Below, piece after piece: positions 19,213-28,238 of a stretch of 64,000 nucleotides of DNA. Below the pieces are notes generated by a model. It made no database searches, was not told where the DNA came from, and was given only the letters and a program-made list of their open reading frames with translations. Position numbers and translations under genes: made by a program. Origin of the DNA: a bacterium. GTDB lineage: Bacteria; SAR324; XYD2-FULL-50-16. The first letter of the stretch is position 1; every line of letters starts with the position of its first letter. Where the stretch lies: assembly GCA_032250835.1 (NCBI GenBank), contig JAVVEA010000002.1, positions 246,596 through 310,595 on the forward strand, given 5' to 3'.

Positions 19213-20925
19213 AGCCTCTCAGATCCTGCCAAGTTTCTAAAAGATAAAGCGAAACTCCTCCGTCGTCAGCTTAAAAACGCCACTTCTCTAGGTAGTCAAA
19301 CCGCTGCGCTTGAAGCTGTAGCATTTAGCTATACTGGAAAATCATGGGACTGGTGCGCCCATCAAAACAGGGTAGGGAAACTGACGATTCGCCCAAGTGA
19401 TTTTTCAATAAGTCGATTTCTTGAGTATACTCGAATACCCACAGAGGTTGGGCAATTGATAGAATATCGAGTGTTCCGTTGGCGAAAGCATAACGAACCT
19501 ATTGATGTTATTATTCAACCTGCAACTGAAGCGGATTTTCAAAAGATCCTTGATTGGCTTCAAACGGAGCAGGACTCTGAAGGTTTAGGGTTTTACGGTA
19601 ACCGTAACATTATCGCAGACCATTTTGAAGAAGGTGAATTGATCGTTGCAAAAACGAAAGACGATTACCCGGCTGGGTTTATTACAGGACCCATTGCCGG
19701 GCCAGATATTCTTTCAGTACAGAGTGATTTCAGGAATAAGGGCGTTGGCAAAAAACTGATTGAATACGTTATTGCGGCGGCCAGGGAAGCAGGGGAGTGT
19801 GCGATAAAAGTTGACATCAATCCTCGGACAGCAATTCCTTTTTATAAGAAACTAGGATTTCAGGTATCTGAGTCCGAAAATGCTAGGTCTGTGACCGGGT
19901 GGCTAACGTTGGAAAAGAGCATGCAACTTCCTGCCGGAACCCCAGTCCAACTAGAGATTAAGTTTTATCCAGAAAGTAAAAAATGGAAAGAAACAACAGA
20001 GCCGTTATCTACAGTCTTTCCCAACGCGATTAAAATCAAAAATGGATTGATTCATCTGAGTGAAAGAGTGGTGTTCAATTACTCGAATTATTCGGCTGTT
20101 CGAGATCCTGTTATCTCAATATCTGTCAACGGGAACGAGCTATATTGCGATAAAGCAAAGTATAGTGAGGCAAAAGTATTGGGAGTAAAACGGCATTCTC
20201 ATGGTTACTACATTGAAACATTGAGGCAACCTTTTGAGGTTATTGAGTATGCTAGGGCGGGCAAAGAGGTGGTGGCTTCCATTACAAACCTACAGTTGTT
20301 TCCAAATTGCAATCACCTTTACACCACATTGAATCGCCTTTTTCGTAAAGGTCAAAATCATGCAGAAGACTGGTTTGACTATACTGCAGAAAAGAACGCT
20401 TTTAGAAAAATCGAAAAGAAACTTGGTGGAATGGAAGCCAACAATTCGCAGGATATTGGGTTGGACTACTGCCTAAAACACGGTGGAGTGGATGGGTTTA
20501 TTTTTGCCCTAAATACTATACCAGAATTTGGAGATCCCATCCTCCGCCAATTTTTTGCGAAAGTGTTGGCGGATTTGGATCCAATTGTTCAAAAACGATT
20601 TCCCGGAGACGAAACGATTCAGCGGGCAATCACTGCTTTATTTGAAGGAAAGCACGCAATCCAGGACCCTTTTTACCGTATTTATGCTGAGAAATTAGAC
20701 CGAACCGCCAATATGGTCAGAAGAACAGTAGAATATGCATTGCGGTCATTTGGCAATTTGCATGCCCGAGGTTTTCAGTATGGGGTGGTTGAACATGCAA
20801 TTTCTGCGATTGTAAGTAGTGCCGGAATTGAGAGTTACAATGAGCAAAGTTCGCCTGAAGCAAAAAAACTAGCAAGATCGGAACGGGCTCGCTTCAAGAA
20901 GCTGGCAAATCAATATTTTAAGTAA
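19210..20925 (+). CDS. Multidomain protein: short helical N-terminal module + GNAT acetyltransferase + unknown C-terminal domains
   Basis: GNAT motif A V..DFRNKGVGKKLI and motif B N..AIPFYKKLGF; N-terminus K.KAK.LRR.L...ALEAVA...G.SW; visibly more AT-rich than its flanks. Confidence 0.75.
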   Translation: MSLSDPAKFLKDKAKLLRRQLKNATSLGSQTAALEAVAFSYTGKSWDWCAHQNRVGKLTIRPSDFSISRFLEYTRIPTEVGQLIEYRVFRWRKHNEPIDVIIQPATEADFQKILDWLQTEQDSEGLGFYGNRNIIADHFEEGELIVAKTKDDYPAGFITGPIAGPDILSVQSDFRNKGVGKKLIEYVIAAAREAGECAIKVDINPRTAIPFYKKLGFQVSESENARSVTGWLTLEKSMQLPAGTPVQLEIKFYPESKKWKETTEPLSTVFPNAIKIKNGLIHLSERVVFNYSNYSAVRDPVISISVNGNELYCDKAKYSEAKVLGVKRHSHGYYIETLRQPFEVIEYARAGKEVVASITNLQLFPNCNHLYTTLNRLFRKGQNHAEDWFDYTAEKNAFRKIEKKLGGMEANNSQDIGLDYCLKHGGVDGFIFALNTIPEFGDPILRQFFAKVLADLDPIVQKRFPGDETIQRAITALFEGKHAIQDPFYRIYAEKLDRTANMVRRTVEYALRSFGNLHARGFQYGVVEHAISAIVSSAGIESYNEQSSPEAKKLARSERARFKKLANQYFK

Positions 20926-21190
20926 ATCAGGGGGCAGCACTTGTTTTATTTCAGAGGGTGTACCGCTAGTCACCCCCTCAAGCATCGCTGCGCTCGCTTA
21001 TCGGGGTGAATCCAGCGCGTTGTCGCCAATCTGGGCCGAGATTAAAGTCTAAGCCTTTGCTTTTTTCACGGGCTGGGTACACTTCCTTAAAGCGCTGGAA
21101 TATTGAGGCCTTGCTTTTTTGGAGCGCACCTTCATCCCTCAAGTCCTTTCGAAGGGGCGCTGCCCCCTCGGCGGCTCCGCCTCACAACGC

Positions 21191-21331
21191 AGCTTCGAGG
21201 CCGAAGATCGAGGACTCGTTTCTTTGCAACATTTCCATTAGGTGTTGGCTTCACCAACGACTTAGGCTGCGCAACCGCCGCCAGCTCGCGTCGTCACAGA
21301 CGTCACCCTCGGCCTGCGGCCTTGAAGCTCC
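21191..21331. repeat. Degenerate copy of the palindromic repeat family, with terminal inverted repeat
   Basis: GTTGGCTTCACCAAC (21244-21258), GCTCGCGTCG and CCCTCGGCCTGCGGCCTTGAAGCTC match the 46.5-kb unit; AGCTTCGAGGCCG (21191-21203) is inverted relative to CGGCCTTGAAGCT. Confidence 0.65.
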
Positions 21332-21402
21332 TTAGTGGGCCGATGGCCCCTGGACCCCACTTATTTTTTTCTCTATTCGCTCCGCGCCTTTTATTTCGCC
21401 CC

Positions 21403-21460
21403 CAAACAAAAAAAAACCGGAGCTTTACCCAAAAGGGTAACGCTCCGGTTTCTGTTTTTT
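21403..21460. terminator. Bidirectional intrinsic terminator
   Basis: AAACCGGAGC-T-TTACCC-AAAA-GGGTAA-C-GCTCCGGTTT stem with an A-tract on the left and a T-tract on the right. Confidence 0.7.
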
Positions 21461-21478
21461 GCTCGCCCTTACCTAGTC

Positions 21479-21775
21479 TTAATCGCCCGAATAGGTGCTG
21501 TCGATGGTGATGATCTGCGCGCAATGGCCCATGCTGTCGCCTCGGGTCTTGCTGATCGGGGAGGCGTTATGGCGCATGTCCAGCTGGCGTTGGATATTGG
21601 ACTTCAAACACCAATACTTGGTGTTGCCGTGGGTGCGCAAGATACAGCGGATATTGCTTTCGAGACATACCTTGGGCTTCTTGATGCCCCGTACCGTATC
21701 GTTCGCCGCCCAGGCAGGCAGGGTTAGCCACATTGCCATTAGGGCCAGGGCTAGGGTTTTTTTTAGAGCACTCAT
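21479..21775 (-). CDS. Small secreted hypothetical protein with 4 Cys
   Basis: Signal peptide MSALKKTLALALMAMWLTLPAWA; followed by the terminator. Confidence 0.6.
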   Translation of the reverse strand: MSALKKTLALALMAMWLTLPAWAANDTVRGIKKPKVCLESNIRCILRTHGNTKYWCLKSNIQRQLDMRHNASPISKTRGDSMGHCAQIITIDSTYSGD

Positions 21776-21851
21776 GGGCTTAATGCGTTCGAGTTGGGTT
21801 CACGTCGAGGCCAGCGCCTCGGGTTTCCCTATGAGAATTCAAGTACCATGC

Positions 21852-22451
21852 CTAACGGTCATAGGGCTGGCGGCCTTCAAAGGCACGGGCCAGGGTGGCC
21901 GAGTCGGCGAATTCTAAATCCCCGCCAGAGGGCATGCCCCGGGCGATACGGCTGATCTTGATGCCCGGCTTGCTGAACAGGTCGGTTAGGTAATGGGCCG
22001 TGGCCTCGCCTTCTAAAGTGGGGTTGGTGGCCAAGATCAACTCGGTTACGCCGCCTTGGACCACGCGGCGTTCCAATTCGCTGATCCGTAGGTCTTCTGG
22101 GTAGACCCCGCTTAAGGGGCTGATGGCCCCGCCTAAGACATGATACAGGCCTGAATAGACATGGCTGGCTTCAATGGTGAAGACGTTGCGCCCCTCTTCG
22201 ACGACGCATAATTGGCTTTGGTCCCGCTTGGCATCACCGCAAATACCGCAAGCCTCTCCTTCGCTCAATCCAAAACAAACGGGGCATTGGCCGATCAGCC
22301 GAACCGCTTGCTCAATGGCCGCCGCTAAGGCCAAGGGAGTGTCTTTGGGCTGGTTGAGCAGGTGGAAAGCCAGTCGTTTGGCCGACTTCTTCCCCACCGA
22401 AGGCAGCTTGGACAACTCTTCAATCAAGACCAATAATGAGGCGGGCAGCAT
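21852..22451 (-). CDS. recR: Recombination mediator RecR
   Basis: LPSVGKKSAKRLA HhH, C4 zinc finger, YHVLGGAISP, TOPRIM ATNPTLEGEATA. Confidence 0.97.
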   Translation of the reverse strand: MLPASLLVLIEELSKLPSVGKKSAKRLAFHLLNQPKDTPLALAAAIEQAVRLIGQCPVCFGLSEGEACGICGDAKRDQSQLCVVEEGRNVFTIEASHVYSGLYHVLGGAISPLSGVYPEDLRISELERRVVQGGVTELILATNPTLEGEATAHYLTDLFSKPGIKISRIARGMPSGGDLEFADSATLARAFEGRQPYDR

Positions 22452-22810
22452 TACTTTTTCTCGCCACCAAAGGGGAAGCCCATCCCGGCTAATTTACTCA
22501 GGTCAAAGTTGCCTAGCATGTCGCCCAGGTCGGGGCCGCCAAGGCCCTTGTCCTTGACCTGCTTGATATTTTCGTTAACGGCGGCGCGGATCAGGTCTTC
22601 TAAGGTTGCCTTGTCGTTCTTGTCCATCACCTCCGGGTCGATCTCCACCTTAAGCAATTCCAGATTGCCGTTCATCTCGGTTTTGACCATGCCGCCGCCG
22701 ACCGAAGCGGTGACCGTCTCGTTAGAGGCGGCGCTCTTTTTTTCTTGTAAGGATTTCTGGAGCTCTTGGGCCTTGGCCATCAAGTCATTTAAATCCATTC
22801 CGTTAAACAT
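22451..22810 (-). CDS. ybaB: Nucleoid-associated protein YbaB/EbfC
   Basis: GGGMVK, LEDLIRAAVN; AAGGAG RBS before ATG 22810; between dnaX and recR. Confidence 0.93.
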   Translation of the reverse strand: MFNGMDLNDLMAKAQELQKSLQEKKSAASNETVTASVGGGMVKTEMNGNLELLKVEIDPEVMDKNDKATLEDLIRAAVNENIKQVKDKGLGGPDLGDMLGNFDLSKLAGMGFPFGGEKK

Positions 22811-22812
22811 GC

Positions 22813-25533
22813 TCACTCCTTCTTGGGGTTAGGTGGTTCCCAGGACTTAGTTTGACTTTGGGGGAACACTTCTTTGATTTTAAGGACCTGGGGGTCTTCG
22901 AAGGCCGCCTCTTTACGGGCCACTTCGGCAGCGGCTCGCCCGCGCAGTTCTAGGGCCCAGAGGCTTTCTTCGGCGGCGCGGTCGCTCGCGAGAATCTCAA
23001 TCTTAGGCTCATGGCCAAAGTACCCAGCAGCAAATTCGGCCAGTTGGGCCCGCTTCTCGTTGGAGAAAAGTGCCGGGTTGCGGCAGCCGATCACCAGTTT
23101 TTCGGCGCTAAATTCTAAGGCTACGCTACTTTTTAAGAAGGATAGCAGACTTTGGTTACCTACTCCACTAAAGCGGGTCACAAAATCCCGCCAATCGGGT
23201 TCTGAATCCTGGGGCGCTGTTGTTTGGAGCTCAGAGGCTGCAGACCTAGTGGAAACCTCGTTCCAAAGCGCCGAGGTGGGGTTGCTGGGCAGGGCAGCCT
23301 CGATTTCCTGTTCTACCGGGCCTTCGTCCTGGGTTACCGGCACGGGGTCTTGGGCCTCCATTTGGACCGCTGCCGGGGCTTCAAAACGCAATCCGGTGGC
23401 TTCGGTTGCGGCCACCGGGTCTGTTCCTGATCCCTCTAGCGCTTCGTTGGGCGCTGCGGCTGCCGGGGCCGGAGGCTCTTCAGCCGGTCCAGCGGTGCCT
23501 TCGCCCATTTCTTCGGGGCTGGGGTCGTAAGCTTCGGCTAATTCCCATAGATCACCACCTACATATTCCGGCGGTTCGGGTCGTTCGTCTAGCGGGCGCT
23601 CGGGCAGGGTGTCTGCTTCAGCGTCCAGCCATTCGGGCGGTTCACCGGGGTCTTCAGGGGCGCTCCAAGCGGGGGCCGAGGTCCTGGACTGCTCCGCCAC
23701 CCGTTGGGGTTCGGTTTGGGGCGCCGCCACGGCAGGGGGTTGCGGCAGCGGTTTGGCGGCAGGAGCCTCCGTTTCGTTGCTCCGCTCCGCGCTCGGTGGG
23801 ACTAGTGGTTCTGGGGAGCCTTGGGCAACGGGGGCCTCGGATCGCTCCGGTAAGTCTTTAACCGAAGGGACCGCCGGTTTTCCTGGGTCCGGCTGGGCCG
23901 GTTTGGGGGGCGTACCCGTTGCGGGGCCGGGAGGGGCCGTTTCGGTATCGGGGGCTTGATCGACCTGCACAAGTTCCGGAGCCGGGGTTGCTTGCCTTTG
24001 GTGGGCCTCAGGCTGGACCGGGTTGAGGGCGGCTTGAGCGGGTTCGGGGTTCTCTGGGCCCGGCGGCGCTTGAATCACCCTAGGGATTGCCTCAGGTTCG
24101 ACCGATGCCGGGGCAGGCGGAGCCAACTCAGCCTGTGGGGCGGGCGTTGGGGAGCTCAGGTCTGCGGGGTGTTGGCTGGCAGCCGGTCTTGGCGTGGGCG
24201 GCACGGGGCCGGGCAGGGTCGCCGGATTGGCGGCCTGAGGCGTGGCTTGGCTGGGGGGCACCTCGGTGGGGCCTACTGCTTGCGAAGGGTCTAGCCGCTG
24301 GGCCGATAGCTCCGGTTGGTCCGGCTCAGTTTTCGGCCTAGGGGCTTCGGGTCGGTGGCGCTCAGGTGCGGGGGTTATACTTTTTTTTAGCGGGTCCCGA
24401 GCCGATTCGAGTAGGCCCAAGATTTCGCTCAACCCCTGCAATCGCTCTAGGGCGCAGAGCTTGACCAGCGCCATCTCGAAGGCCATCTTCGACTGGGAGC
24501 TTCGACGCATCTGGGCTTCGGTTTCCATCAGGATCTGGAAGATTTGCTGCAAAGCGGCGCTACTGATTTGCTGGGCCAACTCGCGGTAGTGGGTCAACTG
24601 ATCGGGTAAAAACTCACGCCAAGCGAGTTTGTCCGGCGGCAGTTCCTTGACCAAGGAGAGGTCCTTGACGGCGGTCATCAACTCGGCCAGCAGCTTGTCT
24701 AAACTGCGGCCCCGGCGGACCTGGGCCTCTAGGTTGTCCAATGCGGCGTAGAGGTCGCGGGTGATGATGGCGTCCAACAATAAATCCATCTCCCGGGCTC
24801 CGCCCAGCCCTAAGAGCGAAACCACCGCCTCGTCGTCAATCTGCTGGCCCGAAAAGCTAACCAGCATGTCTAGCGTGGTCAGGGCGTCGCGCATCCCGCC
24901 TGAAGAAGCCCGAGAAATCAGCCCTAGGCCCGTCTGGCTGATGGCTAGTCCCTCGTCTTGGGCTACCTGGGTCAGGTAAGACACCATCTTCGATTGGGGG
25001 ATGAAGGCGAAGTCAAAGCGCTGGCAGCGCGAAACGACGGTGATCGGGATTTTGTGCGGGTCGGTGGTGGCCAAGATGAACTTGACGTGCGACGGGGGCT
25101 CTTCCAGGGTTTTGAGCAGGGCGTTGAACGACTCGGTGGTGAGCATATGCACCTCGTCGATGATGTAGGTCTTGTAGCGGCCCTTCGAGGGGCTGAACTT
25201 GACGGACTCGCGTAGTTCGCGGATGTGCTCGATGCCCCGGTTGCTGGCGGCGTCGATTTCCATTACGTCGGCGCTGATGCCTGCGGAGATTTCCCGGCAG
25301 GGTTCACACTGATTGCAAGGTTCAGCGTCTTGGGGGTTTTGGCAGTTTAAAGCCTTGGTCAGGATGCGCGCGCAGGAGGTTTTGCCGGTACCGCGAGGGC
25401 CGGTAAACAAGAAGGCATGGGCAACGCGGCCCGTTTTGATGGCGTTGATCAGCGTCTGGTAGATCGCCTCTTGCCCGATCAGATCGGCGAAACGCTGAGG
25501 GCGCAGCTTTCGGGCAAAGACGAGATAAGACAT
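22813..25533 (-). CDS. dnaX: DNA polymerase III subunit tau/gamma with long Pro/Ala/Glu-rich linker
   Basis: ARKLRPQRF, GPRGTGKT, IIDEVHML, SRCQRF. Confidence 0.96.
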   Translation of the reverse strand: MSYLVFARKLRPQRFADLIGQEAIYQTLINAIKTGRVAHAFLFTGPRGTGKTSCARILTKALNCQNPQDAEPCNQCEPCREISAGISADVMEIDAASNRGIEHIRELRESVKFSPSKGRYKTYIIDEVHMLTTESFNALLKTLEEPPSHVKFILATTDPHKIPITVVSRCQRFDFAFIPQSKMVSYLTQVAQDEGLAISQTGLGLISRASSGGMRDALTTLDMLVSFSGQQIDDEAVVSLLGLGGAREMDLLLDAIITRDLYAALDNLEAQVRRGRSLDKLLAELMTAVKDLSLVKELPPDKLAWREFLPDQLTHYRELAQQISSAALQQIFQILMETEAQMRRSSQSKMAFEMALVKLCALERLQGLSEILGLLESARDPLKKSITPAPERHRPEAPRPKTEPDQPELSAQRLDPSQAVGPTEVPPSQATPQAANPATLPGPVPPTPRPAASQHPADLSSPTPAPQAELAPPAPASVEPEAIPRVIQAPPGPENPEPAQAALNPVQPEAHQRQATPAPELVQVDQAPDTETAPPGPATGTPPKPAQPDPGKPAVPSVKDLPERSEAPVAQGSPEPLVPPSAERSNETEAPAAKPLPQPPAVAAPQTEPQRVAEQSRTSAPAWSAPEDPGEPPEWLDAEADTLPERPLDERPEPPEYVGGDLWELAEAYDPSPEEMGEGTAGPAEEPPAPAAAAPNEALEGSGTDPVAATEATGLRFEAPAAVQMEAQDPVPVTQDEGPVEQEIEAALPSNPTSALWNEVSTRSAASELQTTAPQDSEPDWRDFVTRFSGVGNQSLLSFLKSSVALEFSAEKLVIGCRNPALFSNEKRAQLAEFAAGYFGHEPKIEILASDRAAEESLWALELRGRAAAEVARKEAAFEDPQVLKIKEVFPQSQTKSWEPPNPKKE

Positions 25534-25568
25534 GAAGGCCTCAAGGGATCGCTTCAGAGGCGGGGGGT

Positions 25569-25657
25569 AAAGTGATCCGCGTACATCTTTAGGTGCTTAG
25601 TGCTGCTGCCTTTCGGCTCTGACACGGTTCACCCCCGCCAATTACGCGGATCACCCC
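25569..25657 (-). ncRNA. ffs: Signal recognition particle 4.5S RNA
   Basis: Minus strand GGTGATCCGCGTA...GTCAGAGCC-GAAA-GGCAGCAGC...TACGCGGATCAC; helix 8 motif; classic position upstream of dnaX. Confidence 0.9.
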
Positions 25658-25662
25658 AAGTC

Positions 25663-25752
25663 TGGCGGAGAGAGAGGGATTCGAACCCTCGATAGAGTCT
25701 CCCCTATACACGCTTTCCAGGCGTGCTCCTTCAACCACTCGGACATCTCTCC
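25663..25752 (-). tRNA. tRNA-Ser(GGA)
   Basis: Anticodon arm CACGC-CTGGAAA-GCGTG, long variable arm, G73, CCA. Confidence 0.96.
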
Positions 25753-25788
25753 CTTTGGGAAACGGTGAGTGGCTCCGCCCCAATCTAA

Positions 25789-25865
<77 letters not shown>

Positions 25866-26066
25866 ATTTGTTGGACCGTCTTAAAGGACGGACCGGCCGG
25901 AAACATCCGGCGGCAATCAAAAAGGCATCCTAATAGAAAGCCTTCAGGATGTAAAGACCCACAATTCAAAAAGAACAGAAAGCCAAAAACTAGACCTGCT
26001 TGCCAGTATATAGAGGCAGATGTTAAGCCTAGCCAGCAGATTTTTCAGTTCGCTTTAAAAGCCAAC

Positions 26067-28238
26067 ATGGACATTTTACATCAATCATTAATTCTCACTT
26101 GCCTTGGGGCTCTGGTTTTTTGCGCTGCCCCATTGGCCTGCTGGCGTCCGTCAAGACCCCTATTTTGGCCCGCATTCGGCCTCTATGCCCTTTTTTTACT
26201 GCTTCATTGGGAATTGGTCTTTGGCCTTAAGGGGGCCTACCACGACACCGAAAATAATCTTGAAGCCCTAGTGACGGTGGTGAACCAATGGGTTTCCTGG
26301 GGTCGTAGTTTGGGTTGGATACCATACATTGGCGGCGGTCAGCCCTTCGCTCTTTACAACAACCTGATTTATTTTCCCGAAGCGCTGATTTTTGGGAAAC
26401 TGGCCACTCTTTGGGGGTTGCACTTAAGCCCAAATCAGATTTTTCAATTCGCCTATTTCTTGGCCTACTTCTCCTTTGTGACCGGTTCCGGTTTGTTGTT
26501 TCTGCTATTTTTCGAGCGCCGCAGCATTGCCTTTTTCGGTATGGTGGGGCTCTGCTGGAGCGGGATGTTGTGGACTGAGTTGGGCCAACCGAAAATGTTT
26601 ACCGCTTTTTTTGGCTTTTCTTGGTCGGCCTTTTTTTTGTTGTTGGCGATCAAACAAAGACGGCCTTGGGCCTTGCCGTTCTTCGTTCTTTCCCTCTCGC
26701 CGTTGGTCAATTATTACTTGCCTACCTATGCTTTGGTGGGCTTCGGGACCGCATTCCTTTCGGCGGCGCTGATTTATCGCAGCCAGTTTTTCGCTTGGGT
26801 CAATTGGCGCCCTTTGTTGGTGGATAAAAAAGTTTGGATTACGTCGCTGGCTGTGGGCTTGTTAGTCTTCGCGCCGGTGGTCTTTAGTCATCATGTGTTA
26901 GGGGACTATTATAGCCCCACTCGAGACAGCCTCAGCGGCACCGTTTCGGTTGGGAATACGGGTGAGCAGGCAAATGCTTCGGCACAGCTGCGCTTATCGG
27001 CTCAGTGGGTCAACCCAGCAATCTTGGACCTGCACAATACCTTTTACCTGGGCGTGGTCTGGGTTCTTTTATCTCCGCTGGCCATGCTGTCAAAGCGTGG
27101 CAGGTTTTTGCTGCTGCCGGCAGTCTTGCTCTGGCTTTTGTCTTTAGGTACTGTTACCCCACTTTGGAACCTCCTGATAAGCCTCCCATTGATGAACTAC
27201 AGCCGTCACAGTTTCATGTTCGGAGGGTATTCGACCTTCTTTTTGTTGCTGTTGGGTTTGGAGGGCTTGGTGCAGTTGAGTGGCAATCAGGCTTTGTGGA
27301 AACGGGTCAGTTTGCTTGGGTTGGGCGGGGTATTCTTGTCTGTCTTGATGTGCAGCGGTGAACAACCGGAACCAGAGTCGGTCTGGATGGCGGCGATTTT
27401 CTTTGGCATCTTACTTGGTTTCTTGGCCGGAGCTCCGGTCAAATATAGAAACATAGCAAAATTGGCCCTCTTGGGGGGCTTGTCGGTGTATTTAATACTC
27501 CAACAAATGAGCCAGATTGAGTCAGACTCGGTGCGTGCCTCCAGGCAAGTGGTCACTCGATTCGAACTTCCCGAATGGTTTGAATATGCCAAAGAGGTTC
27601 CAGCTGGAATTCCCTTTTTTTTAAGGCCTCTCCAATATAAAAATGTCCAATGGTACCACCACACGCCAGGTGATCTGTTTATGCTGCAAAAGGAATTTGT
27701 TCCTCTGTTGCAGAAGTTAGGCCCAGAAATGCAGGTTTTAATTAACAAACGCGCCCCGATTTTCCGACTTTTTGAGCCCGCAGAACAGCCCTTGTTGGAA
27801 TCTCCCCAAGCCCTATATTCTTTGTTGCGCCAAAGCTTGCTGGCAGATCAGGGCGGCGATTGGCAGAAAGGCAAAGAACTTTTAGCCCCCCACCAAGACT
27901 TTTGTCCCCAATCCCGGCTTTGTTTTGCTCAACCTGAGCGGCCAGATCCGAACCGAAAAAAGTTAAAACTGACCTTGGATCGCCCGGCTCTCTTGTTGCG
28001 GCTGGTCAATTGGAGTCCCTATTGGAGGGCAACCTTGGGCGGGCGCGAGTGGCCGATCCATCAAGGGGCCTACCATACTCAATGGGTCGAGTTGCCCGCT
28101 GGGGAATATGAACTGGAATTCATTTATTCGGACCCCTATGATGCTCTTTTGAAGTTAAACTTGTTGGGTCTGTTTTTTGGTTGGTTGGCCAAGTGCTGGT
28201 GGCTGCGCAAAGAGGGGGGATCATGTTGCGCAAGCTAG
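26067..28238 (+). CDS. Large polytopic membrane protein, YfhO-like (GT-C fold candidate)
   Basis: W.PYIGGGQPF N-terminal loop, many TMs, C-terminal W.PYWRA...VELPAGEYELEFIY motif; start reassigned to ATG 26067. Confidence 0.6.
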   Translation: MDILHQSLILTCLGALVFCAAPLACWRPSRPLFWPAFGLYALFLLLHWELVFGLKGAYHDTENNLEALVTVVNQWVSWGRSLGWIPYIGGGQPFALYNNLIYFPEALIFGKLATLWGLHLSPNQIFQFAYFLAYFSFVTGSGLLFLLFFERRSIAFFGMVGLCWSGMLWTELGQPKMFTAFFGFSWSAFFLLLAIKQRRPWALPFFVLSLSPLVNYYLPTYALVGFGTAFLSAALIYRSQFFAWVNWRPLLVDKKVWITSLAVGLLVFAPVVFSHHVLGDYYSPTRDSLSGTVSVGNTGEQANASAQLRLSAQWVNPAILDLHNTFYLGVVWVLLSPLAMLSKRGRFLLLPAVLLWLLSLGTVTPLWNLLISLPLMNYSRHSFMFGGYSTFFLLLLGLEGLVQLSGNQALWKRVSLLGLGGVFLSVLMCSGEQPEPESVWMAAIFFGILLGFLAGAPVKYRNIAKLALLGGLSVYLILQQMSQIESDSVRASRQVVTRFELPEWFEYAKEVPAGIPFFLRPLQYKNVQWYHHTPGDLFMLQKEFVPLLQKLGPEMQVLINKRAPIFRLFEPAEQPLLESPQALYSLLRQSLLADQGGDWQKGKELLAPHQDFCPQSRLCFAQPERPDPNRKKLKLTLDRPALLLRLVNWSPYWRATLGGREWPIHQGAYHTQWVELPAGEYELEFIYSDPYDALLKLNLLGLFFGWLAKCWWLRKEGGSCCAS

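Noticed and set aside
21006-21917. Several plus-strand ORFs of 109-140 aa
   Set aside because: They cross repeat palindromes and a terminator or lie antisense to better-supported genes
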